Positions 10,234 through 18,683 of a DNA stretch of 32,000 nucleotides are shown here, one piece after another (position 1 is the stretch's first letter; the number at the start of each line of letters is the position of its first letter). The DNA is taken from NCBI RefSeq assembly GCF_000015945.1, contig NC_009033.1, forward strand, positions 540,001 to 572,000, in the 5' to 3' direction. The stretch is from Staphylothermus marinus F1 (GTDB taxonomy: Archaea; Thermoproteota; Thermoprotei_A; Sulfolobales; Desulfurococcaceae). The translations under genes were made by a program, and so were the position numbers. Under the pieces are notes generated by a model that made no database searches, was not told the DNA's origin, and saw only the letters and a program-made list of their open reading frames with translations.

Positions 10234-11329
10234 TAACTCTCTCGATCATTTTCGATAATACTCTTACTCCTCTCTTCGTAACCAATACATCCTCTTCTAT
10301 TCTCACACCATATTTACCTGCAAAATATACTCCTGGCTCAACAGTGAAAACCATTCCAGGCTCTAACTTTGTTTTCTCACCTATCCTAATATATGGTGGT
10401 TCATGCACTAATACTCCGAACCCATGTCCTAATCCATGAATAAATTTCTCGGATAACCCGTGTTTTTCAAGGGTTTTCACAGCAATTTCAGCAAGTTTTC
10501 CAGCTTCTATTCCCGGCTGTATATTATCTATTACATTATCTACTGCTTTATTCACTGCTTCAATAGTCTTCCTTTCCTCCTCCGAGATCCTGCCCCATAT
10601 AATCATTCTCGTTATATCACTACATCTACCATTGTATTTAACTCCGACATCAACTAATACAAGATTTCTTCTGCCAAGCCTAGTGTTTGAGGGAAGGTTA
10701 TGTGGGTAACTATTTCCAGGCTTGAACAGTGTTAATGGTGGGAAAGCGTATTCGTCTATACCTTCCCTCCTAACACGATATTCGAAGAAACCAGCGACTT
10801 CAGCCTCTGTAATCCTTTCATTAAGATTATTTGCTACCTCATAAATGCCTTTACTAGTTATTTCGACCGCTCTAGTAATAGATCTTATTTCCCAATCTTC
10901 CTTCTTCATTCTATACTGGTTTATTGTTTTCGATAAATCAACTATTCTATCCCCATATATACTTGTTATTAATGTGTTAAGTGGTGAGACATGGGATTTA
11001 TCAAATCCTACTTTATCAGAAGAAACTAGTTTTCCTATGAGGGTTTTCCAATCACTCTCTACAATCCTTGCATCACTAGGCTTAACTGTTTTGGAGACAG
11101 CTATAACTTCTACTCCAAGTTTGCTAAGGGAGTCTCTGAACCTATAATATTCTAGTAGTGGAACATATATTCGAAGATTATCTCCTTTCCTATAATGAAG
11201 TAGTAGTACAGAATCAGCAATTGTTCTTATACCTAGGAAATACTCTATATTATCGGGTGCCGTAAGCAATACTTCTTCTACACTACTTTTTTCTATGAGT
11301 TCATATAATTTATTGATCTGGGGCTTCAA
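10223..11329 (-). CDS. pepQ: M24 family Xaa-Pro dipeptidase/aminopeptidase
   Basis: 368-aa ORF with pita-bread-fold metal-ligand motifs VLVDVGVKYNGRCSDITR, HGLGHGFGVLVHEPPYI, TVEPGVY and RIEEDVLV. Its 3' end overlaps the convergent IMPase gene by 11 nt. Confidence 0.85.
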   Translation of the reverse strand: MKPQINKLYELIEKSSVEEVLLTAPDNIEYFLGIRTIADSVLLLHYRKGDNLRIYVPLLEYYRFRDSLSKLGVEVIAVSKTVKPSDARIVESDWKTLIGKLVSSDKVGFDKSHVSPLNTLITSIYGDRIVDLSKTINQYRMKKEDWEIRSITRAVEITSKGIYEVANNLNERITEAEVAGFFEYRVRREGIDEYAFPPLTLFKPGNSYPHNLPSNTRLGRRNLVLVDVGVKYNGRCSDITRMIIWGRISEEERKTIEAVNKAVDNVIDNIQPGIEAGKLAEIAVKTLEKHGLSEKFIHGLGHGFGVLVHEPPYIRIGEKTKLEPGMVFTVEPGVYFAGKYGVRIEEDVLVTKRGVRVLSKMIERVITP

Positions 11330-11431
11330 AAGAGTTCACCCTGTATTTTCTGTATCTATAAACATTATAATCTGTTATAATTATTAATTTATGGTATAGT
11401 ATGGAATAGGAGCTATACAGGTGATATAGTT

Positions 11432-11644
11432 ATGAGTAGTGAGGACAATAAAGGGTTCATTTGTAAGAAAGATGGTAAACCAATGTATTTGATTGAGGAA
11501 ACTGAGAAAATGAGTAATGGAAAACATAGAGCGATCTTTTACTATAAATGCCCAGTATGTGGTTATAGAATAGAAGTTGAACAAGTTATAGTAACTGTTG
11601 AAAACGATCAGATCATTGTTAACAGGAGAGTTAGATTACTTTAA
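11432..11644 (+). CDS. Hypothetical small protein with partial zinc-ribbon pattern
   Basis: 70-aa ORF with an ATG start. It carries CKKD...CPVCG (three Cys plus Asp), so a ribbon-like knuckle is possible. It is more protein-like than the antisense ORF 11384..11584. Confidence 0.4.
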   Translation: MSSEDNKGFICKKDGKPMYLIEETEKMSNGKHRAIFYYKCPVCGYRIEVEQVIVTVENDQIIVNRRVRLL

Positions 11645-12025
11645 AGTTTCTAATACCTTCTTAGGCGGCTGTTTAAGAATATTCATTTCCTCAGCTATCT
11701 TGTGTGCTTTACGTGCTTCTACACTATTACCGTGGATTAATACTTCATATGTTTCCTTAGTAACGGGCTTAATTATCATTATGTATTTTGAAGAATTAGT
11801 TTCATCTAGAAGCCTTAGAATATACTTGGTAACTCTTGTTGCCGATATATAATATTTTGCCTGAGGATCAGAATTTATTTCTGGAGGGTTATCTATTGAT
11901 TCACCTAATAATGTATAACTTATTGATCTCTTACCTTTAGTTCTGGAAACAACTGTTCTACTAATCTTTCCCTTAATCCTAACCCAAATCCCCGTTGGTA
12001 ACTTAACATATATTCCCTTAACCAT
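11636..12025 (-). CDS. Hypothetical basic protein
   Basis: 129-aa ORF lying 6 nt downstream of the co-directional ORF 12032..12346. I recognise no motif. Confidence 0.5.
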   Translation of the reverse strand: MVKGIYVKLPTGIWVRIKGKISRTVVSRTKGKRSISYTLLGESIDNPPEINSDPQAKYYISATRVTKYILRLLDETNSSKYIMIIKPVTKETYEVLIHGNSVEARKAHKIAEEMNILKQPPKKVLETLK

Positions 12026-12031
12026 TTTATT

Positions 12032-12346
12032 CTACCACGAAACTACATGTAACGTATCAGGGATAACTCCTTTACGAACAAGGTTTTCATAAACTCTCCA
12101 AATCCTCTTAACGGTAACGTATCTTGTATCGAATCCTTTCTCTTTCAATAATCTCAACACGATATCTGGAAATTCGTCTGGGTGAACTCCTCTAGCCATT
12201 ATAGCTGCTTCCTTAACTGTTTCCACAATATCTCTACTGCTAGGATATATCTTTTTATTTCTTCGTTTATTCTCTTTTTCATACTCCATGATCTCTTCTA
12301 GGAGATCTTCGGGTATATACTCGCTATAATCTATTTCCTCAACCAT
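12032..12346 (-). CDS. Hypothetical protein (acidic N-terminus, possible helix-turn-helix-like C-terminus)
   Basis: 104-aa ORF with an ATG start, in tandem with 11636..12025. I recognise no family. Confidence 0.5.
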   Translation of the reverse strand: MVEEIDYSEYIPEDLLEEIMEYEKENKRRNKKIYPSSRDIVETVKEAAIMARGVHPDEFPDIVLRLLKEKGFDTRYVTVKRIWRVYENLVRKGVIPDTLHVVSW

Positions 12347-12573
12347 TTCCTTACACCTGACAACATAATCTTTATGCTAGGATTTAAGGTTATGGTTTAA
12401 TAATACTCATAGTTTATATCTTGTATATGGGATGACCGGGCAGAGACGAACTGAGCAATGATGTAGGTGGAGCGACTGGGACCGCTTTTATATTATTTCT
12501 TCTAAGCAGTTGTAAATTATTTTTTTAATCTGTTTATCCATAGTGAATATGCGAAAGAGGATATAGGTGTATA

Positions 12574-13722
12574 GTGTTGAGTAGTTATGAAGACGTTGTA
12601 AAGGAGGTATTATCTATTATATGGCCGAAACCATTAAAACTATTCACCGCCGGCCCCGTAGCGTGTTTTCCAGAAGTATTAGAAGCTATGAAGGCGCAAA
12701 TGTTTAGTCATAGATCATCTGAGTATAGGGAACTTCACAGAGACACTACAGTTAGATTAGCTGATTTCCTCGAGACAAAAAAGTCTACAGTATTATTAAT
12801 TCCTGCCAGCGGCACAGGCTTTATGGAGGCAAGCATTAGAAACGCTGTCACGCCCGGTGGAAAAGTCTTAGTAACCATTATTGGTGCTTTCGGTAAGCGT
12901 TACCATGAAGTTGTTGAGAGTAATGGTAGGAAAGCTGTTGTGTTAGAGAAAGCTCCTGGAGAACCAGTATTGCCTGAAGAACTAGATGATGCTTTAAAGA
13001 AAAACCCGGATGTAGAAGCTGTTACTATAACATATAATGAGACAAGTACTGGTGTATTAAACCCCTTACCAGAGCTTGCAAAGGTTGCTAAGGAACATGA
13101 TAAACTAGTCTTTGTAGACGCAGTATCCGCGATGGGGGCTGCTGATATAAAAGTGGATGAGTGGGGCTTAGACCTAGTTTTTGCGAGTAGTCAGAAAGCC
13201 TTTGGTGTTCCACCAGGTCTTGCAATGGCTGCTATAAGCGATGCTGTATTTGAAAAAGCAAAAACTATTCCTAATCGTGGATGGTATTTTGATTTATTAA
13301 AGTATAAGAAGTATTTGGAAACACAATGGTCTACGCCATCAACACCGCCAATACCTCAGATTATCGGGTTAAACGTTGTATTGAGAATAATTGAGAAAAT
13401 CGGTGGTAAGGAAGCTTGGCTTAAAATGTATAGTGAGAGAGCAGAAAAGATTAGAAAAGGAGTACTTGATCTTGGATTAGAACTATTTGCTAAACCAGGC
13501 TATTATAGTCCAACAATAACAGTTGTTAAAACACCACCGGGTATTAGGGGTATAGAAGTATATGAAGCCATGAGGAAGAGAGGCTTCGAAATAGCAAAGG
13601 GATATGGGCCAGTTAAGGAATATACCTTTAGAATAGGCCATATGGGATATATAACCGATGAAGACATACGAGAACTCTTCGATAACTTGAGAGAAGTAAT
13701 CGAGGAGCTCAAGAAGAAATAA
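12574..13722 (+). CDS. Class V aminotransferase (serine-pyruvate / phosphoserine aminotransferase type)
   Basis: 382-aa ORF with the PLP-lysine motif SSQKAFGVPPGLA, the aspartate motif VFVDAVSAMG and ITYNETSTGV. The ORF starts with GTG. It lies next to a SerA-like dehydrogenase gene. Confidence 0.85.
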   Translation: MLSSYEDVVKEVLSIIWPKPLKLFTAGPVACFPEVLEAMKAQMFSHRSSEYRELHRDTTVRLADFLETKKSTVLLIPASGTGFMEASIRNAVTPGGKVLVTIIGAFGKRYHEVVESNGRKAVVLEKAPGEPVLPEELDDALKKNPDVEAVTITYNETSTGVLNPLPELAKVAKEHDKLVFVDAVSAMGAADIKVDEWGLDLVFASSQKAFGVPPGLAMAAISDAVFEKAKTIPNRGWYFDLLKYKKYLETQWSTPSTPPIPQIIGLNVVLRIIEKIGGKEAWLKMYSERAEKIRKGVLDLGLELFAKPGYYSPTITVVKTPPGIRGIEVYEAMRKRGFEIAKGYGPVKEYTFRIGHMGYITDEDIRELFDNLREVIEELKKK

Positions 13723-13860
13723 ACTATACTTGTTTTTCAATTAATTTCTCTTTTTCCTTTATCTCTCATTAGCAATGATAAAGGAGAGTTTAATCAATAC
13801 TTTAATACATCTATCTATGTATGTTTTATTCAGTAAACATATGGGAAGAGGCGTTGTACT

Positions 13861-14796
13861 ATGGTAAAAATACTTGTTGCTGCACCACTTCATGAGAAAG
13901 CATTGGAGAAGCTGAGAAGCGCTGGCTTCCAAATAGTTTATGAAGAATATCCAAGTGAGGATAGATTGGTAGAGTTGATAAAAGATGTAGAAGCTATTAT
14001 TGTGAGAAGTAAGCCAAAGGTATCTAGGAGGGTTATAGAAGCTGCTGAGAAACTAAAAGTTATTGCCCGCGCAGGGGTTGGACTAGATAATATTGATCTA
14101 GATGCAGCTAATGAGAAGGGTATTCAAGTATTTAATGCTCCCGCCGCCCCCACACAAAGTGTTGCAGAACTAGCAATAGGTTTAATGATTGATGTATTGA
14201 GAAAGATAGCTTTCGCTGATAGAAAAATGCGTGAAGGTGTATGGGCTAAGAAGCAGTGTTTAGGTCATGAGCTTAGAGGTATAGTATTAGGTATTATTGG
14301 TATGGGACGTATAGGAACAGCTGTTGCTAGGATCGCATATCATGGTTTTGGCATGAAGATCATATACTATGATGTGCGAAGATGCCCTAAGGATGTCGAG
14401 AAAGAACTAGATGCTAAATGTGTAGATCTAGAGACCCTGTTGAAGACAGCAGATATAGTATCAATCCATGTACCATTGGTGCCTTCTACTAAGCATTTAA
14501 TTAATGAAGAAAAACTACGATTAATGAAGAAATCTGCAATACTCATAAACACTGCTCGTGGAGGCGTAGTAGACACAGATGCTCTAGTTAAAGCGCTAAA
14601 AGAGGGATGGATTGCTGGTGCAGGTCTAGATGTATTCGAGGAAGAACCACTGCCTCCTAACCATCCATTAACAAAGCTAGACAATGTTGTTTTAACACCA
14701 CATATAGGAGCCAATACAGTTGAAGCACAGGAACGTGCAGGAATAGAAGTTGTTGAGAAAATAATTGAGTTCTTCAAGGGATCAAGTAATCAATAA
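13861..14796 (+). CDS. serA: D-isomer-specific 2-hydroxyacid dehydrogenase, D-3-phosphoglycerate dehydrogenase-like
   Basis: 311-aa ORF with the NAD-binding motif [13 protein letters not shown], catalytic-region motifs [11 protein letters not shown] and LTPHIGA, and GLDVFEEEP. Confidence 0.8.
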
Positions 14797-14932
14797 CTAT
14801 AGGTAAGCAATATTTTTCTCTTTTCTCTTATTCTTACTTTTTCACATATTAACTTAATATATATGAATATAAGCTAAATATACTTCTACATATATGACTA
14901 ACATATAAAGAAGCAATGGTGGTCGCCTAGAA

Positions 14933-15691
14933 TTGTCTGGGAAGGGAAAGGTAATTATAAAATTGCCGAAAACAGTGATTCCCGTTAAACATGTTGAACC
15001 AGTATTGATCGATGTAGATAAGTTGTTGCCGCATGAAGAAATAGTTCCGGGTAGGCTCAAGGATTTAATGGAGAAAATTCGTAGTGAAGGAGTTGTTGAT
15101 ATGCCGATTATAGTAACCCCTATTCCTGGCATAGATAAATACCTTGTTGTCGACGGACATCATCGATGGGCAGCTGTTAAAGAACTCGGCTATAAAAAAG
15201 TTCCAGCAATTATTATTGATTACTTCGATGAAAACGTGAAGTTAAAGACATGGTATCCAGCAATCATTGGATCAATAAATAAATTACTTGAAGAAATTAA
15301 GAAAGAAGGGATTAGAATAGAAGAATGCAAAGGTAAAGATGATGTCTTAAAAGATGAAGAACTAGGTAAATATGCATTTGTAATCATAGGGAAAAACAAT
15401 GAATGCTATAAAATATATGGATCCATAAATGAGCAGAAAATAGTGTCGAAAATATTGTCGAAACTAAACTTGGAGGGAGAATATACTCTAGTATACTACG
15501 GTGAAAAAGATGAAGCATTAAGAGACCTGGAAGAAGGGAAGATAGACTATTTATTTCTGAGAAAACCCCCGACAAAAAACGAAGTAATCGAGATCGCTAA
15601 ACGTAACCAAGTTTACTCGCCTAAAACAACGAGACACATCCTACCTTATATACCAGCAATAACAAATACTCCGCTGGATAAACTAAAATAA
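14933..15691 (+). CDS. serK: ParB/sulfiredoxin-fold protein, free L-serine kinase (SerK)-like
   Basis: 252-aa ORF with the ParB/Srx signature VVDGHHRWAA. Its size matches archaeal SerK, and it sits directly after the aminotransferase and SerA-like genes. The ORF starts with TTG. Confidence 0.6.
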   Translation: MSGKGKVIIKLPKTVIPVKHVEPVLIDVDKLLPHEEIVPGRLKDLMEKIRSEGVVDMPIIVTPIPGIDKYLVVDGHHRWAAVKELGYKKVPAIIIDYFDENVKLKTWYPAIIGSINKLLEEIKKEGIRIEECKGKDDVLKDEELGKYAFVIIGKNNECYKIYGSINEQKIVSKILSKLNLEGEYTLVYYGEKDEALRDLEEGKIDYLFLRKPPTKNEVIEIAKRNQVYSPKTTRHILPYIPAITNTPLDKLK

Positions 15692-15815
15692 TTTTTCTCC
15701 TATCCTTCATTCCTATATTCTACTCATATAATTCTGTCGAAAACATTGTGTTCAAACCATGGAGAAAACAATATAAAACCCAAATGAACCTAGAAAAATA
15801 ATGGCGGGGCAAAAC

Positions 15816-15924
15816 AGCGGGGTAGGGCAGCCAGGTAGCCCGCGGGGCTCATAACCCCGAGGTCGGTGGTTCAAAACGGAGCGGCTTGAATGGCCGCTCC
15901 GGGAAAATCCACCCCCCGCTACCA
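15816..15924 (+). tRNA. Initiator tRNA-Met (CAU) with an intron in the T-loop; CCA encoded
   Basis: The hand-folded cloverleaf is complete:
- Acceptor AGCGGGG/CCCCGCU with an A1:U72 pair.
- D arm GGGC...GCCC.
- Anticodon stem CGGGG/CCCCG with three G:C pairs next to the loop CUCAUAA.
- T stem GGUGG/CCACC, with its loop interrupted by about 32 nt.
- 3' ACCA.

The A1:U72 pair and the GGG/CCC anticodon stem are initiator hallmarks. Confidence 0.85.
15876..15907 (+). other. Non-canonical tRNA intron located in the T-loop of tRNA-iMet
   Basis: The T-loop UUCAAA...U is interrupted by an insert containing a perfect 9-bp hairpin: CGGAGCGGC (15877-15885) and GCCGCUCCG (15893-15901). The exact junctions are ambiguous by 1-2 nt because of flanking A runs. 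Confidence 0.6.
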
Positions 15925-16031
15925 TTATGGGGGTCCCCGCCGCCACTTCTCTTCTAATTATTAAATATTAGTTGTTATTCCAATGATGTTCAAGTTTAGG
16001 AGCTTCATGGTTTCAATGCTTTGTTTATTTC

Positions 16032-16889
16032 TTACTTCAATAAATGCTTAGATGCCAGATACATTGATAGAAGAATAAATGAAGCACCTATTAATTGTTT
16101 AAATGTTAGAGTTTCTCCTAGAAACATGTACGCAAAGATAGAGGCGAATACTGGTTCTAACAAGAAAATCGTTGCCGCGGTTTCTGGTGGAACTTTTTTC
16201 TGACCATATGCTTGTAGAGCAAAAGCACCTATACTGCAGAATATGGCTAGATAAATGAATCCAAGCAGAACATTGATTCTTGTTTCTAATATGTCCGCAG
16301 GTGATGGATCAAATAATATAAATGTTTGAGTAGGTGTGAACATGAAGTATACTAGTATGAAAGGATTACATTTAGAATATTTATCGAAAACAATTATTTG
16401 TAAAGCCCACATAACCGCCCCTATTAAAACAAGAAAATCTCCTAACCTACCAATTGTTGTAGGGCTTGATAACAAGTATAAACCCAGTATGCCCGAGACC
16501 AGGCTAGCAAATAATCTTATACTATACCTTTTATACATGGAAGCAACAATTAAGTGAACAAATAATACGTTGAGCCCAGTAATAAAAGCTGAATTACTAG
16601 CAGTAGTATATGATGTACCCCATCCCTGAAAAAATAATCCTAACCCATAGAATATACCAGCTAATAAGCCTCCCTTAACGCATTCTTTGGAAACATATTT
16701 CTTAGAGATATAGAAAAGTATCAAAGGTGTTAAGAATATTATAGATAATAATCCGCGAACCCATACATACGTGTATTCATCAACATTGCTCACTAAGATT
16801 TTTATAACTGGAAAACTTGTTCCCCATAAAATAACCGTGCCCAGTAAAGCTAAGTAGTGTTTAAGTATGCTTGGATAATTATTTCTCAT
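16032..16889 (-). CDS. EamA/DMT-superfamily transporter
   Basis: 285-aa ORF that is hydrophobic throughout, with about 10 predicted TM segments arranged as two EamA-like halves. Confidence 0.75.
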   Translation of the reverse strand: MRNNYPSILKHYLALLGTVILWGTSFPVIKILVSNVDEYTYVWVRGLLSIIFLTPLILFYISKKYVSKECVKGGLLAGIFYGLGLFFQGWGTSYTTASNSAFITGLNVLFVHLIVASMYKRYSIRLFASLVSGILGLYLLSSPTTIGRLGDFLVLIGAVMWALQIIVFDKYSKCNPFILVYFMFTPTQTFILFDPSPADILETRINVLLGFIYLAIFCSIGAFALQAYGQKKVPPETAATIFLLEPVFASIFAYMFLGETLTFKQLIGASFILLSMYLASKHLLK

Positions 16890-17051
16890 CTGGACACCTA
16901 GAATAAAATAACTAGTAAAAGTCAGAACTTAAAGGCTTCTTCACATAATCGGTGAGTACGGCCTTCATCATCCCATATAAACTAATATATTCTCCAACAC
17001 CCTATAAGAAATATTGTTGAAAGAGAACATGATAATTATTAATGGTTAAAG

Positions 17052-17720
17052 GTGGAATATTTGAATCTATTATATGAGAGTATATGGGCTACACTATTGT
17101 TTATATGGGTAATGATAGTTGTTTATCCAATAACCAAGAACCTATACAAGTATATGAGGCGTAAAGGAATATCCCATATAAAAGCTGTTTATTATAATAG
17201 GAAAGTAATACATATCCTTGCCGGCGGACTAGTATCGTTAACTGTGCCTTTTCTATTCGAAACACCGCTACTACCAGCAATTTTGGCAGGAGTATTAGCT
17301 ATTGCTACATACATGCCTCATCGAAGAAATAAGCTGATGGATTGGTTCCAAACAGAGGATAACATATATGAAGTCCATTTCTGCATAATGTGGGGAGTGG
17401 TGATAACTCTTTCTTGGCTAATATTTCATAACTGGTGGTATGGAGTTATACCTATTGTTTTCATGGCTTTCGGCGACGGCGTGACAGGAATTGTTAGGAA
17501 TATGCTATATAATAGGAGGACAAAAGCATGGATAGGCAACTTAGCAATGGCTTTAGTAACAATACCTGTAGGCTATTTTGTCCTTGGCCCATTAGGTGGA
17601 TTAGCTGGGCTTATAGCTAGTATTGTTGAACACTTCGAGATAAAACCATTCATAGACGATAACATAACTGTTCCACTAATAAGCTTCTTACTACTACTCA
17701 TAGGTCTACCTTATTCCTAG
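17052..17720 (+). CDS. Integral membrane polyprenol (dolichol/phytol) kinase-like protein, CTP-transferase-1 superfamily
   Basis: 222-aa multi-TM ORF. The motifs NRKVIHILAGG, FMAFGDGVTGIVRN and C-terminal DDNITVPLIS resemble the dolichol/phytol kinase family. Confidence 0.5.
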   Translation: MEYLNLLYESIWATLLFIWVMIVVYPITKNLYKYMRRKGISHIKAVYYNRKVIHILAGGLVSLTVPFLFETPLLPAILAGVLAIATYMPHRRNKLMDWFQTEDNIYEVHFCIMWGVVITLSWLIFHNWWYGVIPIVFMAFGDGVTGIVRNMLYNRRTKAWIGNLAMALVTIPVGYFVLGPLGGLAGLIASIVEHFEIKPFIDDNITVPLISFLLLLIGLPYS

Positions 17721-17739
17721 AAATTAACATGGAATCCAT

Positions 17740-18417
17740 ATGGATCGGGGAATGAAGCCCATCTATAAATGTAGAATTTGTGGAAAATATGTTGAAACAT
17801 CTATTCATTGTGGTGTAGAAGCTAAACTATTACTTGATGCTAATAAGAGGCTGAAACTGAGCAAGTTATTATCTGGGCTTCTAAGACATTATCCATGGGA
17901 GGCAGGTTTAAGAATTGATAGTGAGGGCTGGGTGGATATAGATGAACTCGTTGAAGGAATAAAAACTAGGTGGAGAAACAATGAAATCTACCAATGGCTG
18001 AGCAGAGAACATATCATAGCAGTAGCAAAACTAGATCCCAAAGGTAGATTTGAAATACGAAATAATAAGATTAGAGCAAGATACGGGCACAGCATAAATG
18101 TTAAGATAAAATACGAGCTAGAATACCCACCTACACAATTATATCATGGAACAAGCATAGATAAACTAGCCAAAATAATGATTGAAGGCTTAAAACCTAT
18201 GAAGAGACAATTCGTACATTTAACAACTAGTTTAGAAAACGCTGTAGAAACAGGGAAAAGACATGGAAAACCAGTAGTGCTCATAATAGATACTATGTGC
18301 TTAAAAGAAAAAAGAATACCACTATATAAGGCTACAGAAAAAATATACTTAGCACCAAAAATCCCCCCACAATGCATAAAACAAACCTTTAAACCCCCTA
18401 AACTAGGAAACAAATAA
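17740..18417 (+). CDS. kptA: RNA 2'-phosphotransferase Tpt1/KptA with an N-terminal Cys/His knuckle
   Basis: 225-aa ORF with KptA motifs LSKLLSGLLRHYPWEAGLRIDSEGWVDIDELV, IRARYGHS, LYHGTS and FVHLT. The N-terminus carries CRICGKYVETSIHCG. Confidence 0.85.
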   Translation: MDRGMKPIYKCRICGKYVETSIHCGVEAKLLLDANKRLKLSKLLSGLLRHYPWEAGLRIDSEGWVDIDELVEGIKTRWRNNEIYQWLSREHIIAVAKLDPKGRFEIRNNKIRARYGHSINVKIKYELEYPPTQLYHGTSIDKLAKIMIEGLKPMKRQFVHLTTSLENAVETGKRHGKPVVLIIDTMCLKEKRIPLYKATEKIYLAPKIPPQCIKQTFKPPKLGNK

Positions 18418-18426
18418 TGAATTAGC

Positions 18427-18514
18427 GCGGGGGTGCCCGAGCATGGTCAAAGGGGTCGGGCTCAGGACCCGATGGCGTAGGCCTGCGTGGGTTCAAATCC
18501 CACCCCCCGCACCA
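18427..18514 (+). tRNA. tRNA-Leu (CAG), class II long variable arm, CCA encoded
   Basis: Hand-folded cloverleaf: acceptor GCGGGGG/CCCCCGC, anticodon stem UCGGG/CCCGA with loop CUCAGGA, a long variable arm, T arm GUGGG-UUCAAAU-CCCAC, and A73 plus CCA. Confidence 0.9.
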
Positions 18515-18683
18515 TAATAACAATGTTTCAATTACAAAATTCCTCCCAGTTTCAATGTTATTAATAATTCCTATATAGAACGATCCATAAAGAATAGCTT
18601 TATTGTCTCACCTAGAAGTAAAATAGGCAAAAACATAGAGTAGAGATGAACAGCTTATATAGGCTTAAAAAAGCTTATGAAAG

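Noticed and set aside
15752-15946. A 64-aa minus-strand ORF over the tRNA-iMet locus. Similarly, 23458..23928 lies over tRNA-Ser and tRNA-Arg, and 3826..4026 lies over the GC-rich hairpin.
   Set aside because: These ORFs are open only because GC-rich structural RNA sequence lacks stop codons. Their Gly/Pro/Arg-rich translations and the exact overlap with well-folding tRNAs argue against coding.
18240-18417. A/C-rich, G/T-poor composition at the 3' ends of several + strand genes: Tpt1 at 18240-18417, SerK-like at 15540-15691, stomatin at 23400-23587 and the membrane protein at 27780-27937. I considered this as a possible hidden strand-specific signal upstream of the tRNA genes.
   Set aside because: Within genes it is largely explained by Lys/Glu/Pro/Thr-rich C-terminal tails and A-ending codons, and I could not show by eye that it exceeds normal within-gene variation. 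Only the non-coding skew around the CRISPR array is kept as a finding. A genome-wide skew scan would be needed to revive the idea.
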